Part shown: positions 60,929-64,000 of the stretch, piece after piece | Layout: every line of letters begins with the position of its first letter | Position numbering within the stretch: the first letter of the stretch is position 1 | Source: Candidatus Heimdallarchaeota archaeon | GTDB lineage: Archaea > Asgardarchaeota > Heimdallarchaeia > Heimdallarchaeales > Heimdallarchaeaceae | Assembly: GCA_019057815.1 (NCBI GenBank) | Contig: JAHLWR010000013.1 | Location: 53,873 to 117,872 of the forward strand | Length of the DNA: 64,000 nt | Direction: 5' to 3' | The notes under the pieces: model-generated | The model's input: the letters and a program-made list of their open reading frames with translations, nothing else | Told to the model about the DNA's origin: nothing | The model's database searches: none | Position numbers and translations under genes: made by a program

Positions 60929-61597
60929 ATGCGAGGAATTTATAAGTTTTTGATTTTATTAATATTACTATTCTTTTCTCTATTCTTGAATAATTTATTC
61001 CAAATCATTCCTATTTTCCAATGTCATAATAATGCTATTATTTTAATTATAGGTGATTGTGGTCCTTTTAATGATTCATTGTATGATGATGATTTTCTAT
61101 CTGAAAAATACAAGGAATATTGGGAAGTAAGAGCTGAAGAACTCAAAAATTTCACTAATTGGGAAGTATATTTGTGTTATGAAAAGACATTTTGTTTTCA
61201 ATTAAGCTATTTTAAAAATCTTCTAGTTATTATTACAGGTCATGGTGCTGTATCAAACTATTATAACAGTCATTATATAGTCATCAATGATAAAAAAATA
61301 ATATATGCAAATGAATTAGAAATTAGCTGTAGTAATCTTACTATTGTTATTAATTCTTGTTATAGTAACAGATGGTATTCTGATTTTAACCACAAAACCC
61401 TAAATCATCTATTTACCAGCGATTTATGTAATAATGTTTCATCGGGTCATTATCAATATCTCCCAGAACCATATAATTTGATAATCCAGAGATACGACCG
61501 TTTCTTCCTAGATGCTTTTCTTAAAGGATATTCATATCAGAAAGCAAATGAAACAGCTTGGATTAATATGACTCAATTTGATCTTATAAATTGTTAA
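60929..61597 (+). CDS. Exported caspase-fold (clan CD) cysteine peptidase-like protein
   Basis: N-terminal hydrophobic segment; LVIITGHG and IVINSCYS dyad motifs. Confidence 0.65.
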   Translation: MRGIYKFLILLILLFFSLFLNNLFQIIPIFQCHNNAIILIIGDCGPFNDSLYDDDFLSEKYKEYWEVRAEELKNFTNWEVYLCYEKTFCFQLSYFKNLLVIITGHGAVSNYYNSHYIVINDKKIIYANELEISCSNLTIVINSCYSNRWYSDFNHKTLNHLFTSDLCNNVSSGHYQYLPEPYNLIIQRYDRFFLDAFLKGYSYQKANETAWINMTQFDLINC

Positions 61598-61851
61598 CCA
61601 AGGAAGTTTTTCCTCTCCCTAGTGGGATCAGCTATAGAATCATCGAAGATTACTTGAATCCAAGACTAATCAATAACATCAAATCAAATCAAACCCATAA
61701 TGAACTAGCAATGTTTTAGATTTACCATTCACCAATAAGTACCTTGAGACAGTTGTTAAATATTCTTCTTCATGTTCTTGTATAATGTTTGAAAGAAATG
61801 TTTTATCATAATATCTTAAGCTTGTAATAGTACTAGTTAATTGAAGGTGTT

Positions 61852-62133
61852 TTAGAGATATCTTTCTACCCATTCTTCTATCTTTTCAGGTAGTTTTGAA
61901 AGAAATGTATTGATATCAATACCTAGATTCAAAGAATGATATGTCAGTAATAATTTCATACACTCTTTACATACACCAGATGGAACATATACTTTACTTA
62001 AAGGAAATCTAATTGGTTTCTTTGTTTTGCATCTACCACAAAGGAATCTCTTGCAAGTTTTACAATTTGTCATAGTTTTATTTCTACATTGGATGCATGG
62101 TTGTTTATATTTTAAATCTAAATTATTCATCAT
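61852..62133 (-). CDS. Small zinc-finger protein (four CxxC pairs)
   Basis: CIQC, CKTC, CGRC, CKEC. Confidence 0.75.
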   Translation of the reverse strand: MMNNLDLKYKQPCIQCRNKTMTNCKTCKRFLCGRCKTKKPIRFPLSKVYVPSGVCKECMKLLLTYHSLNLGIDINTFLSKLPEKIEEWVERYL

Positions 62134-62267
62134 TAATAGTTAGATAAATCTTATTTATAATATAAGGTAATACACTGTAACTACATCTTTTCACTTAGTT
62201 TATACACAACCTTAATCATTAATAATTAAAATACTATCTGTCTTTTTTCTTTCCTTCCCTTCCTTCT

Positions 62268-62735
62268 TTATTTCCATTTCTTGCTTTCTTCTTTACACAG
62301 ACCTTCCTCATGTATTAGACCTAATTTGACATATAATTCCTCTGCTTTTATCTCTATCAGTTTATCTTCTATTTCTTCTTTTAGTAATTTTAGTGTTTCT
62401 TCAGGTATCTCATCCAATTCTTGTTTTATCTCTTCTCTCAATCCTTCTAACACTCTTTCACTTATTTTCCCTAATATGTACTCATATGGTACTATCACCA
62501 TTATCAATCCTATTGTTATCCCTATTGTCATTATTACTCCCACCACTCTTGCTATTACTATCACTATTGCTAGCATTGTTCCCTCTTCTTTATACCAAAA
62601 TGCTATTACTGTCACTATTACACTTATTATTACATATATTCCCCATTGCCCTATCTCTGTCCAATGAAAGAACTTCTTTTCCCTTTTTTCCATCCTTTTT
62701 ACGTATTCTCTCGCTATCTCTATGTCGCTTCTCAC
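62268..62735 (-). CDS. Two-TM membrane protein with charged helical tail
   Basis: Two hydrophobic helices; abuts 62736..63053. Confidence 0.7.
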   Translation of the reverse strand: MRSDIEIAREYVKRMEKREKKFFHWTEIGQWGIYVIISVIVTVIAFWYKEEGTMLAIVIVIARVVGVIMTIGITIGLIMVIVPYEYILGKISERVLEGLREEIKQELDEIPEETLKLLKEEIEDKLIEIKAEELYVKLGLIHEEGLCKEESKKWK

Positions 62736-63053
62736 TTAACTCATCCCTTCCGTCAATATTTTTCCTACTGCCCTTGTCGTCATCATGAACGTTTTCTTCA
62801 ATTCCTCTTGCTCATATATCAGTTCATGTAAATTCTTTAGCGATATCTCTCTCTTGTTCTCATCTACTAGCTTTATCTCTATCCCCCATCCTCTTCCTTC
62901 CCTTTTTTCTTCTTCCATTTGTTCCTTCTGCTCTTCTATGAATCTTGCTAATATTTTCTCTAGTCTTTCACTGTTCCTTACCTTGTATTTTGCTATCTCT
63001 ATACTCTTCTCTTCTTTTCCCCCATATATTTTCAGTATCATTCCCCACGTCAT
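62736..63053 (-). CDS. Hypothetical protein, paralog of 37384..37650
   Basis: Shared motif pattern with 37384..37650. Confidence 0.75.
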   Translation of the reverse strand: MTWGMILKIYGGKEEKSIEIAKYKVRNSERLEKILARFIEEQKEQMEEEKREGRGWGIEIKLVDENKREISLKNLHELIYEQEELKKTFMMTTRAVGKILTEGMS

Positions 63054-63301
63054 TTCTCTTCTATCTTTTTATCTCTCATTTCCTTTTTATACTAGGCTAG
63101 TTTTCCCTACATCTAAATTGTATTCTTTCTCTAACAAAGAAATAATTGTTAAAATAGAATCAGTTCAACCCCATACTTCTTCTATTATTTCATCAAAACT
63201 AGTCCATTATTGATTACTAAACTACTGTTTTCCACTCTATTTTTCTTTTTTACTAAAAATTTGTCCAACTTTAATTGATTGGAATAGTAGCTCTTCCTCT
63301 A

Positions 63302-64000
63302 TTAATATTTGATTTTGTCATAATATTCTTTTATTGCTCTTGGCAAGCTTTCTTCTACAGGTTTGTTTTTTCCTTTCCATAGTAATGAAGTATTTTCATC
63401 AAAATCGATACTAGATAGTCTTACACATCCTTCTAGTGATCTTAAATCTACATTCTTCAATTGGTTATTTCTCATGTGGAGTATACTTAATTTTTTACAT
63501 TTTCCTAGTGGTCTTAAATCTACATTCTTCAATTGGTTATTATTAAGGTAGAGGTACTCTAATCTTGTGCATCCTTCTAATGCTCTTAAATCTATAGAAG
63601 ATAATTGGTTATTATTAAGGTAGAGGTTCCTTAATTCTGCACATCTTGTTAATGGTCTTAAATCTAGGGAAGATAATTGGTTATCATGAAGAAAAAGCTC
63701 ATCTAGCCTTGCACATCCTTCTAATGCTCCTAAATCTACATTCTTCAATTGATTATTATTAAGGTAGAGTCTACTTAAACTTGTACATTTTCCTAGTGGT
63801 CTTAAATCTACATTCTTCAATTGGTTATTATTAAGGTGGAGTTCATTTAATCTTGTACATTTTCCTAGTGGTCTTAAATCTATAGACGATAATTGGTTAT
63901 TATAAAGGTAGAGGTGCTCTAATCTTTTACATTCTTCTAACGGTCTTAAATCTACATTTTTTAATCGGTTATTATAAAGGTAGAGTTCATTTAATCTTGT
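63302..64000 (-). CDS. Leucine-rich repeat protein, 5' end outside the window
   Basis: 24-aa LRR (LKNVDLRPLGKCTSLSRLYLNNNQ) encoded by 72-bp tandem repeats; frame checked open from 63820 to 64000. Confidence 0.93.
   Translation of the reverse strand, partial: TRLNELYLYNNRLKNVDLRPLEECKRLEHLYLYNNQLSSIDLRPLGKCTRLNELHLNNNQLKNVDLRPLGKCTSLSRLYLNNNQLKNVDLGALEGCARLDELFLHDNQLSSLDLRPLTRCAELRNLYLNNNQLSSIDLRALEGCTRLEYLYLNNNQLKNVDLRPLGKCKKLSILHMRNNQLKNVDLRSLEGCVRLSSIDFDENTSLLWKGKNKPVEESLPRAIKEYYDKIKY

Noticed and set aside
42185-63551. Antisense ORFs over pbeA, dndC/D/E, darG, the HEPN, nuclease and LRR genes, and the plus-strand ORFs at 62281-63213
   Set aside because: They fully overlap better-supported genes; their low-complexity Ser/Leu/Phe composition reflects strand skew.
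1-64000. tRNA/rRNA genes, integrase or transposase, terminal inverted repeats
   Set aside because: No GC-rich cloverleaf or recombinase motif was recognised by eye, so element boundaries cannot be set from this window.

Overview
AT-rich archaeal DNA, most consistent with an Asgard archaeon of the Heimdallarchaeia type (inferred from gene content, not proven). Four zones. (1) 1-27400, minus strand: one tightly coupled operon of MinD/ParA ATPase, hypothetical protein, membrane-anchored subtilase, a 3224-aa surface protein and a second giant protein of more than 4500 aa. The second giant is absent from the ORF track because it runs off the window. The layout matches the twin-giant-protein 'aloposon' elements described in Heimdallarchaeum. 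(2) 27854-31293: two paralogous ~400-aa double-Lrp/AsnC-like proteins bracket a small secreted protein and an unannotated three-unit array of a conserved 33-nt hairpin repeat, each repeat followed by a different long hairpin (G-U-rich in units 2 and 3). This is the best candidate here for an undescribed RNA-based system. (3) 31405-38568: GcvH-like protein lacking the lipoyl lysine, a TPR-like protein, a beta-helix PEF-CTERM protein and small membrane genes. (4) 38752-~61000: defence island with PbeABCD-DndCDE phosphorothioation genes (no dndA), a nuclease-DGQHR fusion, DarTG, UDG-like, HEPN and PD-(D/E)XK genes and several pseudogenes. It is followed by small genes and an LRR gene cut by the window end. 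No tRNA, rRNA, cas gene, integrase or transposase was recognised.
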